A stretch of 64,000 nt of DNA from an uncultured virus (IMG/VR IMGVR_UViG_3300037010_001713) (lineage: Duplodnaviria; Heunggongvirae; Uroviricota; Caudoviricetes). Numbering within the stretch: position 1 is the stretch's first letter; the number at the start of each line of letters is the position of its first letter. The DNA lies in the IMG/VR virus record IMGVR_UViG_3300037010_001713. The stretch is one strand, 5' to 3'. The notes under the pieces were generated by a model. That model saw only the letters and a program-made list of their open reading frames with translations, was not told the origin of the DNA and searched no databases. Position numbers and translations under genes: made by a program. This document shows positions 1-10,688 of the stretch, in pieces.

Positions 1-2337
1 ATCTCCGATTATGTTGTAAGAGTTAATCTGGTGTGTTGTGTCCATGGAGCTACCGAACTCATCAAGCACCAACGGAACGTCCAGTTTTCTATACTTAATA
101 TAAACTAATTTAAAAGCTAAATCGACCACCTCACGCATAGACATAGACATTTTACCAACATCGGTTATTATAGTCCGCCCATCAACTTTAACTGGGAATA
201 GATAATCTAATTCACCATCGTCACCTATAGTGCATTCCTGAATCTCGATATCGTAACTCCATATGGATTTAATAACTCTGTTCATTTCCGTAATTATGAC
301 GTTTATAAAAGAACTTATGCTACGACCAATTAAACCCTCTGTTGGTGATAATATATTCATTAGCTCTTTTGTAGCCTTTTCTTCTAGTAATAGCTTTTCA
401 TATTCGCTATTAAGTTCAGCTATTCGATCGGCGACTCGACCAGATTCTCTAAGGACGGTATTAAGATCATATAGTTCAGACTCTATTAATGTAATAGCTT
501 CGTCGATAGCCCGATACTCACTCTCTGCTATTAACTGTTTTTTATAGATTAAAGATTTCCTAACTGTCTGTCTCATTCTATCCAGTAGTTCAGTAGCCGT
601 CTCTATTTTCTTAATAGACCGAACTAGACTATCTATGGATTTATTGTTTTCTGATATTTTCAAATTATTAACAGCGATATCTCTATCTAATCGATCTATG
701 TGTGATTCTAACGTCTTAGTGCTAAACTCAATCTGCTTATTGGTCTCGTTAATAAGAACCTCTTTCTCAAGTAGTTCCCTATAGATTGGAACATACGGAG
801 TCATATCACTCAGCGTTCTTTGTAGGATATTCATTTTCTCTATCACATGGTCAACAACTATTTCACTTATTGTTCGATGATCTAATAGCCATAGCATCAC
901 ATTACGAGTGGATTCGTCAACACCAGAAGATCTAATTATAGAACTTAAAGTATTTATACTATTTCTGATAATATCCATGTCGTAGACAATACTAGCAATT
1001 GATTTTACTTCATCATCAGACATAGCCACATCTTTAAGACATTCAACTAGATCTGATGAGAGTTTCTCGTGTTTCTCTAAGTCGTAGTTCGGTATCCATG
1101 ATGTTTCACAGTTAGGACATGTTACCTTGTCACCACTATTGAGTATGCTATTCAAATGCTCTAGTTCAGATGTGATATACTTTTCCCTGTTTTTCAGTGT
1201 GTTATTTTTCTCTTTGGTGCGGAGTAATTCGATGGTTTTATCTGCATACACAGACCCACTAACTATACTAGTTATTCCTCCATATTCTTCGGCAACATAA
1301 TAGCTGGAACCTACATTTATCAACTGCTCCATAACCGTATCACCATTACACTCTAACCACATTTTACAGCTAGCATATGTGTTGAAACTAACCGGAACAT
1401 CATTGTTTAGTTCGAGTTTATTTAGTTCATTTCTAAGATATTTTACCCTCTCAACAGTGTCATCAACTATGCTTATAGTCGTGATTTTTTCAACTAATTT
1501 TGAATGCTCTCTGAGCATATTTTCATTACTTTTTTGTAAAACGGTATTCTCAGATTTCATAAATTGGAGCTTCTCAACACATTCATTTTTATCTGTTAGA
1601 ACTAAATTTCTGTCTGATAGAATAGTGTCGATGTTAGCTATATTTCTTAAAATTTCTATTGAAAAATCTGTTGTGGAACATTTTGTAGAGTTAGTTGCTG
1701 TTCTGGAGGCTTTTAAGGTACCTAGAAGTGACGAAAGGACGTTAACCCTTGACATAATACTCTCTTGCTCTTCGATCGTTTTTACGGTGTTTTTTAGACG
1801 TTGTAGAGATTCTTGATTCATTCTCATTCCGCCGATAATATCACGATTTCTATTTTTTGTCTGGGTATAAATGGTCATCGGATATGCGTAGTCGATATGA
1901 CTTAGATCAGCAAATAAATCACGTCTTTCTGAGTCTCGTAGTGTTGTGAGTTTACGTACACCTAGGAGTACAGATTGGGTGGATTGTGTTATGTTAAAAT
2001 GCTCCTTTACCAGTTCCGTTTGAACAGACTTAGTTCCTCCAACGTTGAGTTCGAGATCGTTGAGTATGAAACTGTGTTGGTGTCTACTAGACTTATCGGA
2101 ACTGAGTATGTACAAACAACCGTTGTGTTCGATCTCCAAGTATTTTCTGCCCTGTGGTCCAAATTCATTTTTTAGATCTGGTGGTAGCGGTGTAAGCATT
2201 CGTAACAGACTAGATTTACCAGAGCCATTTGTCCCGAGTATGATCTGAGTTTGTCTCTGTGGTGTGTATGTTAATTTTTTTATGTTGTTCAAAAATAAGC
2301 GATCGTAGTCGATCAGTTCTAGCTTGATTATTTTCAT
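1..2337 (-). CDS. sbcC: SbcC/Rad50-like SMC ATPase (3' end beyond window edge)
   Basis: Not in the ORF track because there is no stop in the window. Manual translation from ATG 2337 gives MKIIKLELIDY...ILGTNGSGKSSLL (Walker A), a zinc-hook CPNC near 1110-1120 and the Walker B/D-loop LVLDEFGSSMD near 40-70. The + strand shadow ORFs at 263, 1379 and 2045 share one frame, consistent with a continuous gene. Confidence 0.9.
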   Translation of the reverse strand, partial: MKIIKLELIDYDRLFLNNIKKLTYTPQRQTQIILGTNGSGKSSLLRMLTPLPPDLKNEFGPQGRKYLEIEHNGCLYILSSDKSSRHQHSFILNDLELNVGGTKSVQTELVKEHFNITQSTQSVLLGVRKLTTLRDSERRDLFADLSHIDYAYPMTIYTQTKNRNRDIIGGMRMNQESLQRLKNTVKTIEEQESIMSRVNVLSSLLGTLKASRTATNSTKCSTTDFSIEILRNIANIDTILSDRNLVLTDKNECVEKLQFMKSENTVLQKSNENMLREHSKLVEKITTISIVDDTVERVKYLRNELNKLELNNDVPVSFNTYASCKMWLECNGDTVMEQLINVGSSYYVAEEYGGITSIVSGSVYADKTIELLRTKEKNNTLKNREKYITSELEHLNSILNSGDKVTCPNCETSWIPNYDLEKHEKLSSDLVECLKDVAMSDDEVKSIASIVYDMDIIRNSINTLSSIIRSSGVDESTRNVMLWLLDHRTISEIVVDHVIEKMNILQRTLSDMTPYVPIYRELLEKEVLINETNKQIEFSTKTLESHIDRLDRDIAVNNLKISENNKSIDSLVRSIKKIETATELLDRMRQTVRKSLIYKKQLIAESEYRAIDEAITLIESELYDLNTVLRESGRVADRIAELNSEYEKLLLEEKATKELMNILSPTEGLIGRSISSFINVIITEMNRVIKSIWSYDIEIQECTIGDDGELDYLFPVKVDGRTIITDVGKMSMSMREVVDLAFKLVYIKYRKLDVPLVLDEFGSSMDTTHQINSYNIIGD

Positions 2338-2409
2338 CTGGGTTCCTGTGTCTTTTCAACAAAATGAAGCCTGATAAAAAAATCAGAAAAAGATAAACCA
2401 AACAGTTCA

Positions 2410-2660
2410 ATTAATAGCTAAAAAAAAATATTTAGTTCTCTATATATTATAGAATCTAAGCTAGATATTATATATTTATATATAATATATTTATTTATAT
2501 AATATTTATATATTAATAAATTAATATATATATACTTACAGTACTAGATAACCTGATACCTTAATCTATTATTTCTTTATATATATAAAGGGGTTAAACG
2601 AAGAAATTGACTGTTTTTTTAGAATATTTCAGAATATTTTTTATTTAGCTAATTATCTGA
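2410..2660. promoter_or_regulatory. Extremely AT-rich divergent intergenic region
   Basis: Long TATA-rich stretch with very few G/C (about 2460-2535) between divergent genes. Confidence 0.5.
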
Positions 2661-2682
2661 GAAAATGCTCGAGGAGAAATAT

Positions 2683-4452
2683 ATGCTTGTGCTAAAATGC
2701 GGTAACGTACCGAAGAACGTTAGTACTCAACAAGCTGGTGTAATCTGGACGATCGCTAGCGACATACTGATGCGCAATGTCTTAGACCACAGTGGGTTAG
2801 TCACCACAGCAGACGGTAGTTACATTTCTCCGGTAGAATTAAGTGATAATCAGATAGTCTACGCTAGTTTTATTCGACACTATACAGACGGCTCTGAAGA
2901 TTATCCATCGAACCCACAACCAGTGACCAAGGTTGGTAATCTACTTGGGTGTGACTATAGTCCAACGCCAGTCATCGAGGCACCTATTCTGAAGGGTTCA
3001 TTTGACACCGATGGAACAACGATCATAACATCGTCTAAGTTTAGATCAAATACTGACGTACATGGTTCGACTTCATGGGTTCTGATGTCTGAAACTGGGA
3101 GTTTGTTATTCAGTTCTCTATATGACGATACTAATCTGTTGAACATAGAAATACCAGTTGGTTCTTACCAATTCGGTTCAAGCAGCTATATCGTAGCTTA
3201 TGCTTGTCACCACGCTAAACATAGTTCAGCATCTGCTAGTAATTTTTCTAGGACGATAATCAAAATAGATGTTTCGGATTTCACTGTCACAACAGACCTG
3301 CGGGCTGTTAGGCCAAATATTAATCTAACAATTAGATTACAGCCAAAAACAATCAATACAGCTCCGAATGTAATATCTTATGAGCTACTTGATAGTTCTG
3401 GCGCTTCGGTATATGAGCAGTTGGGTATCTCGAAACAGTCTACGGCAGTGACGGTACCTGGCTCATTTCTCAAACCGAAAGAGACTATGTTCATAGTCTT
3501 CAGCATCGATAACGGTACACCCAACTCGGTGAAAACTGTATACAGAATTAACGTTATAGGTCAATACTTAGCTAGGTCTGTAATGGAGAATTACACATAT
3601 TCTGGGGTATTCGAGGTGTTAACAAATAACACAGCTGTGAATGTCGACTTCAACTTCAGGACGGTTGAGGTGGTTAGTAGAGGCGTACTCATACCGTACA
3701 ATAACGGACAGATTTGTAGTCTAGTTTATAATCGTGAAACAAAGGCTATCGACTACGGTACATCTTGTTTTACTGGTTTAAGTTTACTTAACACGAATTA
3801 CGATGAGACACTGGTAACAACAGATTCCGTTAATCGTTTCATAATCGATACAAAAGATCGTAATGGCGTACCCACTTTTTTAGTCTACGATTATAATTTC
3901 ACAACAGGGGTCTCTAATCTTTTTTTCGATCTTAAAAGATACGATGAAATAGATTCAACTGGTGTAAATAACTCTATTTGCCAGTATGATGGTGACAAGT
4001 ATATATATTATTCTTCATCGACAGCTGAATTACGTATATTTGACATAAGTTCAAAGAGTATTTCCAAACTAGTAGCTATTAATGTTACTCCAGGTGTTAG
4101 ATTGTCTCTGATAAAGAATAATTCAGATAGCATTCTCATAGTAGGTGGACCTTATGTTATGAGTTATACAATTTCATCTGGTATACTAAAGGAGGAAATG
4201 GTCGTCGATCAACGTTTTACTAATAGGTCACTAGTAACACTGACACTCATAAACGGAGACTACCTAATCTACAGAGCGGACACAATAGCCAGCGACACAG
4301 ATTGTGATATGTACTTGTTTAAAAACGATACGAATACATATAAGGTCATCCCTTTGAGTCTAGGATATAGGGACTATTTAAAAGCGAGTGTTATATTGGT
4401 GACTGGCGAGATCTTATTCAATGGGCCGGATGGTTTTTTACTGTTCACGTGA
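2683..4452 (+). CDS. Putative virion/tail-associated protein (Ig/Fn3-like N-terminus, beta-rich C-terminus)
   Basis: GAGGAG RBS precedes ATG 2683. The protein is beta-strand rich, and the segment HGSTSWVL..G.L.FSSLYD.TNL resembles jumbo-phage tail-associated repeats. Confidence 0.45.
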   Translation: MLVLKCGNVPKNVSTQQAGVIWTIASDILMRNVLDHSGLVTTADGSYISPVELSDNQIVYASFIRHYTDGSEDYPSNPQPVTKVGNLLGCDYSPTPVIEAPILKGSFDTDGTTIITSSKFRSNTDVHGSTSWVLMSETGSLLFSSLYDDTNLLNIEIPVGSYQFGSSSYIVAYACHHAKHSSASASNFSRTIIKIDVSDFTVTTDLRAVRPNINLTIRLQPKTINTAPNVISYELLDSSGASVYEQLGISKQSTAVTVPGSFLKPKETMFIVFSIDNGTPNSVKTVYRINVIGQYLARSVMENYTYSGVFEVLTNNTAVNVDFNFRTVEVVSRGVLIPYNNGQICSLVYNRETKAIDYGTSCFTGLSLLNTNYDETLVTTDSVNRFIIDTKDRNGVPTFLVYDYNFTTGVSNLFFDLKRYDEIDSTGVNNSICQYDGDKYIYYSSSTAELRIFDISSKSISKLVAINVTPGVRLSLIKNNSDSILIVGGPYVMSYTISSGILKEEMVVDQRFTNRSLVTLTLINGDYLIYRADTIASDTDCDMYLFKNDTNTYKVIPLSLGYRDYLKASVILVTGEILFNGPDGFLLFT

Positions 4453-4495
4453 TTAGTGTTTATATGTCAATAACATATGATATATGTGGAGGTAC

Positions 4496-5008
4496 ATGAG
4501 TATGAATATGTTGGATGAGTCTGTTGTGTATATAACAGACGCGTATCAGAAAGATGCGGTCGATCAATTAGTGTTAAAATTACCGTTACCAGACACAGTT
4601 ATAGGTAATCGTGGATATGAGTTAGATTTCGGTATGTTTATTGAGGTGCTTATCGATTATCTTTGGTGTTCTGTTACAGACGAAGAGGATAGGGAACCTA
4701 ATAGATATATAACCAGTGGATTTAATAGTTACTGTTTCGATACTTCGTTCCAATCGATTCCCGATATAGCTGCTTATTTCGATGTGATAGATGTCGATGA
4801 TGTTTTGGATAAAATTATTTCGATCATAACTAGTAAAAGAAAACCATCTAATCGATCGGTGTTAGATACAATAAGTGATCGGATTTATCGATTGGAAAAG
4901 AATGTTGTCGGTAATGTATATTTAGTTGTAGTGGATATCATGATGCCGCTACCATCTTTCAGATACTACGAATGGATAGAAGCTTCCATTTACAAAGAAA
5001 AGGATTAA
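4496..5008 (+). CDS. Hypothetical protein
   Basis: ORF with GGAGG RBS before ATG 4496; first of a tightly packed operon. Confidence 0.7.
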   Translation: MSMNMLDESVVYITDAYQKDAVDQLVLKLPLPDTVIGNRGYELDFGMFIEVLIDYLWCSVTDEEDREPNRYITSGFNSYCFDTSFQSIPDIAAYFDVIDVDDVLDKIISIITSKRKPSNRSVLDTISDRIYRLEKNVVGNVYLVVVDIMMPLPSFRYYEWIEASIYKEKD

Positions 5009-5010
5009 AA

Positions 5011-5370
5011 GTGGCAAAAAATAGATACGTAGGGCGTGACAGAGACAACGTCGAACCTCTTGTCGATTTAATCGATGATGATGATGATGAGGCGACCGAA
5101 CAGACGGCTGACGATAATCTCGAACAGATATCTAACGGGGATCCCGAAGAAACCTATGAGGTTGAGATGACAGATCAAGAAGTTGATAACCGAACTGATG
5201 AGACGGTCTCTGATGATACAGTCTTAAATAAATATGAGGTAGTGTTTATCAACGCACTAGATCACCAAAAAAAGTTTGCGACCGTAGACGCAGTTAACGC
5301 CAGACAAGCCAGTAATATTATAGCTGAAAAACGTCATAACGTTATTTTAAGTGTTAAATGCGTGTCGTAA
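5011..5370 (+). CDS. Acidic hypothetical protein
   Basis: AAGGA RBS then GTG 5011; D/E-rich N-terminal half. Confidence 0.65.
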   Translation: MAKNRYVGRDRDNVEPLVDLIDDDDDEATEQTADDNLEQISNGDPEETYEVEMTDQEVDNRTDETVSDDTVLNKYEVVFINALDHQKKFATVDAVNARQASNIIAEKRHNVILSVKCVS

Positions 5371-5371
5371 T

Positions 5372-5695
5372 ATGGAAAAGGAAAAGTTCACTGAGGTAAT
5401 GCTCGATGGGTTCCTATCTGGTGAGTGTGTAGTTGACGTAGGTGAAATAGATCAGCTACTATATGGAGATAATTTTCTAGGCTACCTCCATGAACCAGAA
5501 CCTTCTTTGGAATATATAACGAAAACAATCAAATTGTTGGATTTAATTTCTAAAGAGGTATATTATATCGATGTTGTTTCATCTAGTTCATTAAGCTATG
5601 ATGAAATTAAGGATCGGGTTGTTAATTCGGAGATCGTCAGAGATTTCGAACAAAAAAACCCAGATGTAAAATTGTGTTTCAGTGGGTATTTATGA
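5372..5695 (+). CDS. Hypothetical protein
   Basis: ATG immediately after the previous stop. Confidence 0.65.
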   Translation: MEKEKFTEVMLDGFLSGECVVDVGEIDQLLYGDNFLGYLHEPEPSLEYITKTIKLLDLISKEVYYIDVVSSSSLSYDEIKDRVVNSEIVRDFEQKNPDVKLCFSGYL

Positions 5696-6180
5696 GTATC
5701 ATTATACCAGCTAATAACCTAGGTTTTTATCTTGATTTAGATGATATACCCGTTACTAGTAAATATCGTGATACAGGCGACTATTGTGCCAGTATGGATG
5801 ACCTCATTATGAGGTCATCCATACATATGATAAACAGTCCGATTAACAGTGAAGCCGACACGGACTGTTATCATATTCTACTAAGTGATATGATTGATGA
5901 TAGTATCCATGTTATGGATATATGTGACACTATTTATCATGCCATGCATAGCTATAACCTTGATTTATACGCTATAATACACAACGCATATTTTAACATT
6001 AAGTATCTACTAGCTGACCAATTGCAGACACAGAAAGATGTTATAATAGTCGATCATGATGATGATTGGTATATTAATTGTAGGTTGTGTTATAGTGGTA
6101 ATGTAATCATTATTCGATACATAGGCGCTGTTAGCATCGGATGCTTTAACTACCTCAAATTTGAGGTTATTTGTACATGA
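5692..6180 (+). CDS. Hypothetical protein
   Basis: ATGA start/stop overlap with the upstream gene. Confidence 0.65.
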   Translation: MSIIIPANNLGFYLDLDDIPVTSKYRDTGDYCASMDDLIMRSSIHMINSPINSEADTDCYHILLSDMIDDSIHVMDICDTIYHAMHSYNLDLYAIIHNAYFNIKYLLADQLQTQKDVIIVDHDDDWYINCRLCYSGNVIIIRYIGAVSIGCFNYLKFEVICT

Positions 6181-6192
6181 AGGGTTAATGAG

Positions 6193-6477
6193 ATGAAGAT
6201 AAAAATACCGATTAAAGAGTTAGGTAGAGGTCGTGTTCGTGATATGATTGAGTCCATAAGTAAATATAAATACATTAGGACTTATGAGGATATCAGAAAA
6301 GATAATGACGTCAGCGTTGGCGAGTATCGATGGTATGCTGTTTTAAACAAACACGTCCTAGATTTATTGTTAAGTAAAGGAGATTTATTATTCACATCTT
6401 ATAACGTGACCGATGCTACTCTGGATGCAGAGGATAATACGATAGTTGTGGAATTGGAGGTTCTCTATGACAACTAA
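6193..6477 (+). CDS. Hypothetical protein
   Basis: 94-aa ORF in the operon. Confidence 0.65.
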   Translation: MKIKIPIKELGRGRVRDMIESISKYKYIRTYEDIRKDNDVSVGEYRWYAVLNKHVLDLLLSKGDLLFTSYNVTDATLDAEDNTIVVELEVLYDN

Positions 6478-6865
6478 AAAAGAAGTGTATGTTATTATCA
6501 ACGTCCGTGAGTATCTTGAACATTTACTGGAGATAAATCCAAATATTTCTGGTGATAGGATGCTCGAGAAAGCTACAGTAGAAAGTCTACAGAGAGTAAT
6601 GGATATTAGTCTAGATCTTTACAGGTATAGTGAAGAGGGTTTCCTCGATGATAAACTGAACTGGCTGCATGTTGTTTACCCCCGTTTGTTTGAGATACTC
6701 AGTGGGTTTGCCATCGATAAAAATACATACGATCCAGATCTGGTCTCGTACTACTTCGACTACCTGAATGAAGTCTTTCAAGAATTGTACGTGCGATGTC
6801 GTTGTGAGAAACGACATACAATAGAATCTATCGTCGGTTATTCGGTAAAAGCTAGGGTGGACTAG
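6467..6865 (+). CDS. Hypothetical protein
   Basis: GGAGG RBS before ATG 6467. Confidence 0.65.
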   Translation: MTTKKEVYVIINVREYLEHLLEINPNISGDRMLEKATVESLQRVMDISLDLYRYSEEGFLDDKLNWLHVVYPRLFEILSGFAIDKNTYDPDLVSYYFDYLNEVFQELYVRCRCEKRHTIESIVGYSVKARVD

Positions 6866-6869
6866 GTCG

Positions 6870-7373
6870 ATGAAGCTCTACTATAACGCAGATATAAGTA
6901 TGATTAACGCAGTCATAAGCTCATTCAGCATGGATCCCTATAGAGCAAAGTTTAATGGTTCTTTCGTGTCATCGCTAGCTCTCCAGGTCGCTGAGTATAT
7001 CAAATCAGTGTACCTGGATATTAATGACGTTTTATCAGAGACTGTAGATACCAATAGTGGACTTACAGACGCTGAGTCTGACGCAGACGACTTTATAACG
7101 GAGTACTATAATGACACCATTTTTGAGTATGCTATGTTATTAGTACGCGAATTCGGTAGCCCACGTCAACCATCTGATCCGGAAGATGAATTGCCCAGTT
7201 CAGAATTGTTATATGATGACCAATACGAGGATCAGCGAAATGTATATGTGGCGGATCTGATATATGATATAGCGGCACATATGCACGAATCAGTCGGTCC
7301 AAAAATCGTTATAGTTATGGATATTATAAATGTATATGATGATCGTATTTTATATGAAATACACGCTAAATAG
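6870..7373 (+). CDS. Acidic hypothetical protein
   Basis: 167-aa ORF in the operon. Confidence 0.65.
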   Translation: MKLYYNADISMINAVISSFSMDPYRAKFNGSFVSSLALQVAEYIKSVYLDINDVLSETVDTNSGLTDAESDADDFITEYYNDTIFEYAMLLVREFGSPRQPSDPEDELPSSELLYDDQYEDQRNVYVADLIYDIAAHMHESVGPKIVIVMDIINVYDDRILYEIHAK

Positions 7374-7407
7374 TTATCCAGCGCAGCTGTAAATTAGGGG
7401 GGAGTTA

Positions 7408-7905
7408 ATGGAGATAGGAAAAAGATATAGTTTTGATACATCGGTCGACACATTGTATTTAAGAAAATATGTGAATGTGAAACTGACGGCACTTGGTTTG
7501 TTCGACGTTATGACTCCTGTATTGGTTCGTTATGGTGTTAATGTTGGAGATATGATAAACAATCACGCATATGTGTATCGTACCTCAGGTTTTACAGATC
7601 CTACTCTAGCTGGATCTGTTATCGCTTTGTTCCAGGATGAACAGCGAGGTTCTTTTTTTGGTATACCCTATGGTTACATATATATACCTACAGTCCTAGA
7701 AACGGACTCTGATATTGTATCGTGGCATCTTAGTAACACTTACGGTTCCGAATATATAGAGGCTGTTATCAGAGCACATTTCGGCATTAAGTATAATTTA
7801 ACGACAAACGCTGATGGAACACATAAGCTAGATTTATACGCTGGAATGGATGAGATATCTGAGGTAATCACTGTGTTAAAAGATTTTAAAATCACCACAA
7901 TTTAG
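7408..7905 (+). CDS. Hypothetical protein adjacent to portal (possibly virion)
   Basis: GGGAG RBS; directly upstream of the putative portal. Confidence 0.6.
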   Translation: MEIGKRYSFDTSVDTLYLRKYVNVKLTALGLFDVMTPVLVRYGVNVGDMINNHAYVYRTSGFTDPTLAGSVIALFQDEQRGSFFGIPYGYIYIPTVLETDSDIVSWHLSNTYGSEYIEAVIRAHFGIKYNLTTNADGTHKLDLYAGMDEISEVITVLKDFKITTI

Positions 7906-7913
7906 GACTAAAT

Positions 7914-10598
7914 ATGGAAAAAGTAAAAAGAGGTATCGACATCAACCGTAGGTTTAATGAAAAAAAAGATGCCGACCTGAATGATTTAGCTGTTGTCGAA
8001 AAGATAAATAGGTCTAACATAAATAGGGGATCTACAATAACACCAGATGGTGTGTCTCGATTGACGAAAGATACAGCCTCTCGAATAAAAAACAACGACC
8101 ATATCCTAGAGCTGTTTCCAGAGACCGAAATAGCTATAGAAGTTATCACTTCTAGTATTTTACGAGGTAATGATGGTGTTACAGAAGGCGTAAATTACAC
8201 TATAGATCCGAGCGTGCTACCAGTTGGGTCTATTAGGAATAGTATAACTACCTTAATGAAAGGTCATATGGAACGTTACTACGGGTTAGAGTCAAATCTA
8301 CCTGATGTTATACGCAAAGCTATGTTTACCGACGGAGCCTATGTCCAGTTAGTTATACCTGAAGGTATTTTGCGAAATACAATGGGTATAAACGATAAAA
8401 ATAAACAGATCACTGCTGGTATTGAGAAATACTTCAAAAAAGATTATATACCCACAGTGGGTTTGGGTTTGCTTGGAAATTCAGCTCATATTCCAGGTTT
8501 AGAAAGTCTAAACGGCGGTGCGACAGGAACTGGCGGCATATACGAAGATGATCTAGGTATTAGTATAATTGAGGATTACGGGTTTTTAACAGTGGCTACT
8601 GAAAAGGCTAGTGCTGTATCGGACAGCATAAAAGATCGAATTAGAACACGTAATAAGAAGGAACTTAAAAAAGTTACAGATGGACTTACTAAGGCGTTAG
8701 GTGGGTCTTTAAACGCTAACATTTTTGATAAAAATAATCAAATAACCAACATTGATTATGATAAAAATCTCGCGAAGGACTCAGTGGGTTTACCGCTAAT
8801 AATGACTGTTGATTCTGAGTGCGTGGTCCCACTAACACTGTATGGCGATACTGGTAAGCATTTAGGGTATTTTGTGTTGCTAAATCAAAATGGGTCCCCA
8901 ATAAGTAAGAACGATAGGCAGCTATATGCCGATTCATTAGCTAGCAATAATTCATATACGAATAGTGGTAACAACAGTACGGCACAAGCTTTTCTAGATA
9001 GAGTGAGAGCTAATCTAGGAGACACACTTAAGACTGCACCGCTACTTCAGAATGCTGAAACTATATATAATGAACTAGTTGACAGCATCATAAAAAAAAG
9101 AGTAGCTGACGGTAGTTTTGCTGGTATTTCTGAGATAAATGTTGATAGTGGCATCTATAAAACTATGTTCGCTCGCTTCTTAGCTAACAAACAAACCAAG
9201 CTAATCTTTCTACCGGCTGAATTTGTAATGTATTATGCTTATGAGTTCAGGGAGAATGGTACGGGGCTTTCGAAAATGGAGAAAGTCGCTTCTTTGTATA
9301 GTTTACGTTCTATTTTACTTTTTGCTAAGTCTATGGCTACAGCTAAGAATAGTACGAATACAACAGAGATAACTGTAACATTAGATGATGATGATCCTGA
9401 TCCACAGAAAACTGCAAGTCAGATTATGGCTGAGATGGCTAAGACTAGACAACTTAAGTTTCCACTGGGTGTACAGAATCCAACAGATTTAGTTGAATGG
9501 TCATCCACTATAGGAACTTCATACGTCTTTAAGGGTGCTGGTATGCCTAATATTGATATATCTGTTTCAGACACTGTACCATCGAAGGCCGTACCAGACG
9601 AGTCTCTTGACGAGGATTTAGAAGAGAAGATCGCTACATCATTCGGACTTACTCTTGAGCTGATTAAAGCTGGGCAGCGGGAAGATTTTGCCACGATGGC
9701 TGAGAATAAGAAAATTTTATTCAACAACAGGATGACTACTAATAGAAATAAAACTAACGATATGATAACAAAACACGCAAGACTAATACTCAATAACGAC
9801 ATTAGGCTGTATGAAAGTGTGTATGATATTATAGATGGTAATATTAGTGAAATTAAAAAAGTTATGTCTCTCAGTGGTTCAAGCGATGAGGCAATCGTAG
9901 ATGAGCTATTAAATAACATAATAGAGTCCGTCGAACTAACTTTACCTAACTCGACTGTTTCAGACTCGGATCCGTTGAAAGCTATGCTAGACGAGTTCAT
10001 TAGCTCTGTTGATTCTGTTCTTGATGGTATCTTCGGTGATGAGTCTTCTCCATCTGGGTTATTCGGTGTTATGGGTGAAAAAATACCAGATATGAAAGCT
10101 ATACTTAGGAATACAGCTATTCGTAGGTTTATCAGCGACAATCATATACTACCAGAGATAACTGATTTCTTCACACTCGATGAGGATGGTAAAATTGTTT
10201 ATGACGCAATGGCTGATTACAATGGATTTATCGAACACTTATCAAAAGCTTTGGGATCATTTTACAAAGAAAATACTAAGATAATTAATAAATCCGATAA
10301 AGCGTTAAATAAGGTCATCGGTAGTGATGACTCTACTGACGATGCCGCAGGATCAGATGATTATGGAGATACATCAGACACCGATACCGATGTGGATACT
10401 GGTAATGATAATGATTTTGATACAGACACTGATTCTGGTGCTGGCGACGGTTCTGATGAGGATACCGGAGACGAAGACGGTATAGATGATGGTAGTACCG
10501 ATGATGCTGGCGACACAGAAGAGTCTACAGATGAAGCTGCTGGAGACGATGAGTCCGCCGAATCAGATGAGGAAGAGAATGTTGATGATGATGTATAA
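7914..10598 (+). CDS. Probable portal protein (phiKZ gp129/SPN3US gp81-like)
   Basis: About 900 aa with a long D/E-rich C-terminal tail. N-terminal G-x-E sites (YGLES, AGIEK, PGLES) fit prohead-protease processing. Size and architecture match phiKZ-like portals as recalled. Confidence 0.65.
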   Translation: MEKVKRGIDINRRFNEKKDADLNDLAVVEKINRSNINRGSTITPDGVSRLTKDTASRIKNNDHILELFPETEIAIEVITSSILRGNDGVTEGVNYTIDPSVLPVGSIRNSITTLMKGHMERYYGLESNLPDVIRKAMFTDGAYVQLVIPEGILRNTMGINDKNKQITAGIEKYFKKDYIPTVGLGLLGNSAHIPGLESLNGGATGTGGIYEDDLGISIIEDYGFLTVATEKASAVSDSIKDRIRTRNKKELKKVTDGLTKALGGSLNANIFDKNNQITNIDYDKNLAKDSVGLPLIMTVDSECVVPLTLYGDTGKHLGYFVLLNQNGSPISKNDRQLYADSLASNNSYTNSGNNSTAQAFLDRVRANLGDTLKTAPLLQNAETIYNELVDSIIKKRVADGSFAGISEINVDSGIYKTMFARFLANKQTKLIFLPAEFVMYYAYEFRENGTGLSKMEKVASLYSLRSILLFAKSMATAKNSTNTTEITVTLDDDDPDPQKTASQIMAEMAKTRQLKFPLGVQNPTDLVEWSSTIGTSYVFKGAGMPNIDISVSDTVPSKAVPDESLDEDLEEKIATSFGLTLELIKAGQREDFATMAENKKILFNNRMTTNRNKTNDMITKHARLILNNDIRLYESVYDIIDGNISEIKKVMSLSGSSDEAIVDELLNNIIESVELTLPNSTVSDSDPLKAMLDEFISSVDSVLDGIFGDESSPSGLFGVMGEKIPDMKAILRNTAIRRFISDNHILPEITDFFTLDEDGKIVYDAMADYNGFIEHLSKALGSFYKENTKIINKSDKALNKVIGSDDSTDDAAGSDDYGDTSDTDTDVDTGNDNDFDTDTDSGAGDGSDEDTGDEDGIDDGSTDDAGDTEESTDEAAGDDESAESDEEENVDDDV

Positions 10599-10643
10599 CT
10601 AGGTGTTTGTGCGTCTGAACTTTGAATAAAACTATATTATAGA

Positions 10644-10674
10644 AACATATAGCTAGATCATCTAGCTATATGTT
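10644..10674. terminator. Stem-loop
   Basis: AACATATAGCTAGA-TCA-TCTAGCTATATGTT, a perfect 14-bp stem after the portal. Confidence 0.6.
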
Positions 10675-10688
10675 ATTAAGGAGACAAT

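Noticed and set aside
263..2410. Short ORFs at 263, 1379, 1975, 2045 and 2216
   Set aside because: They overlap the real minus-strand sbcC gene (1-2337) that the track missed.
10320..10598. GAT/GAC-rich low-complexity repeat
   Set aside because: It simply encodes the acidic tail of the putative portal.
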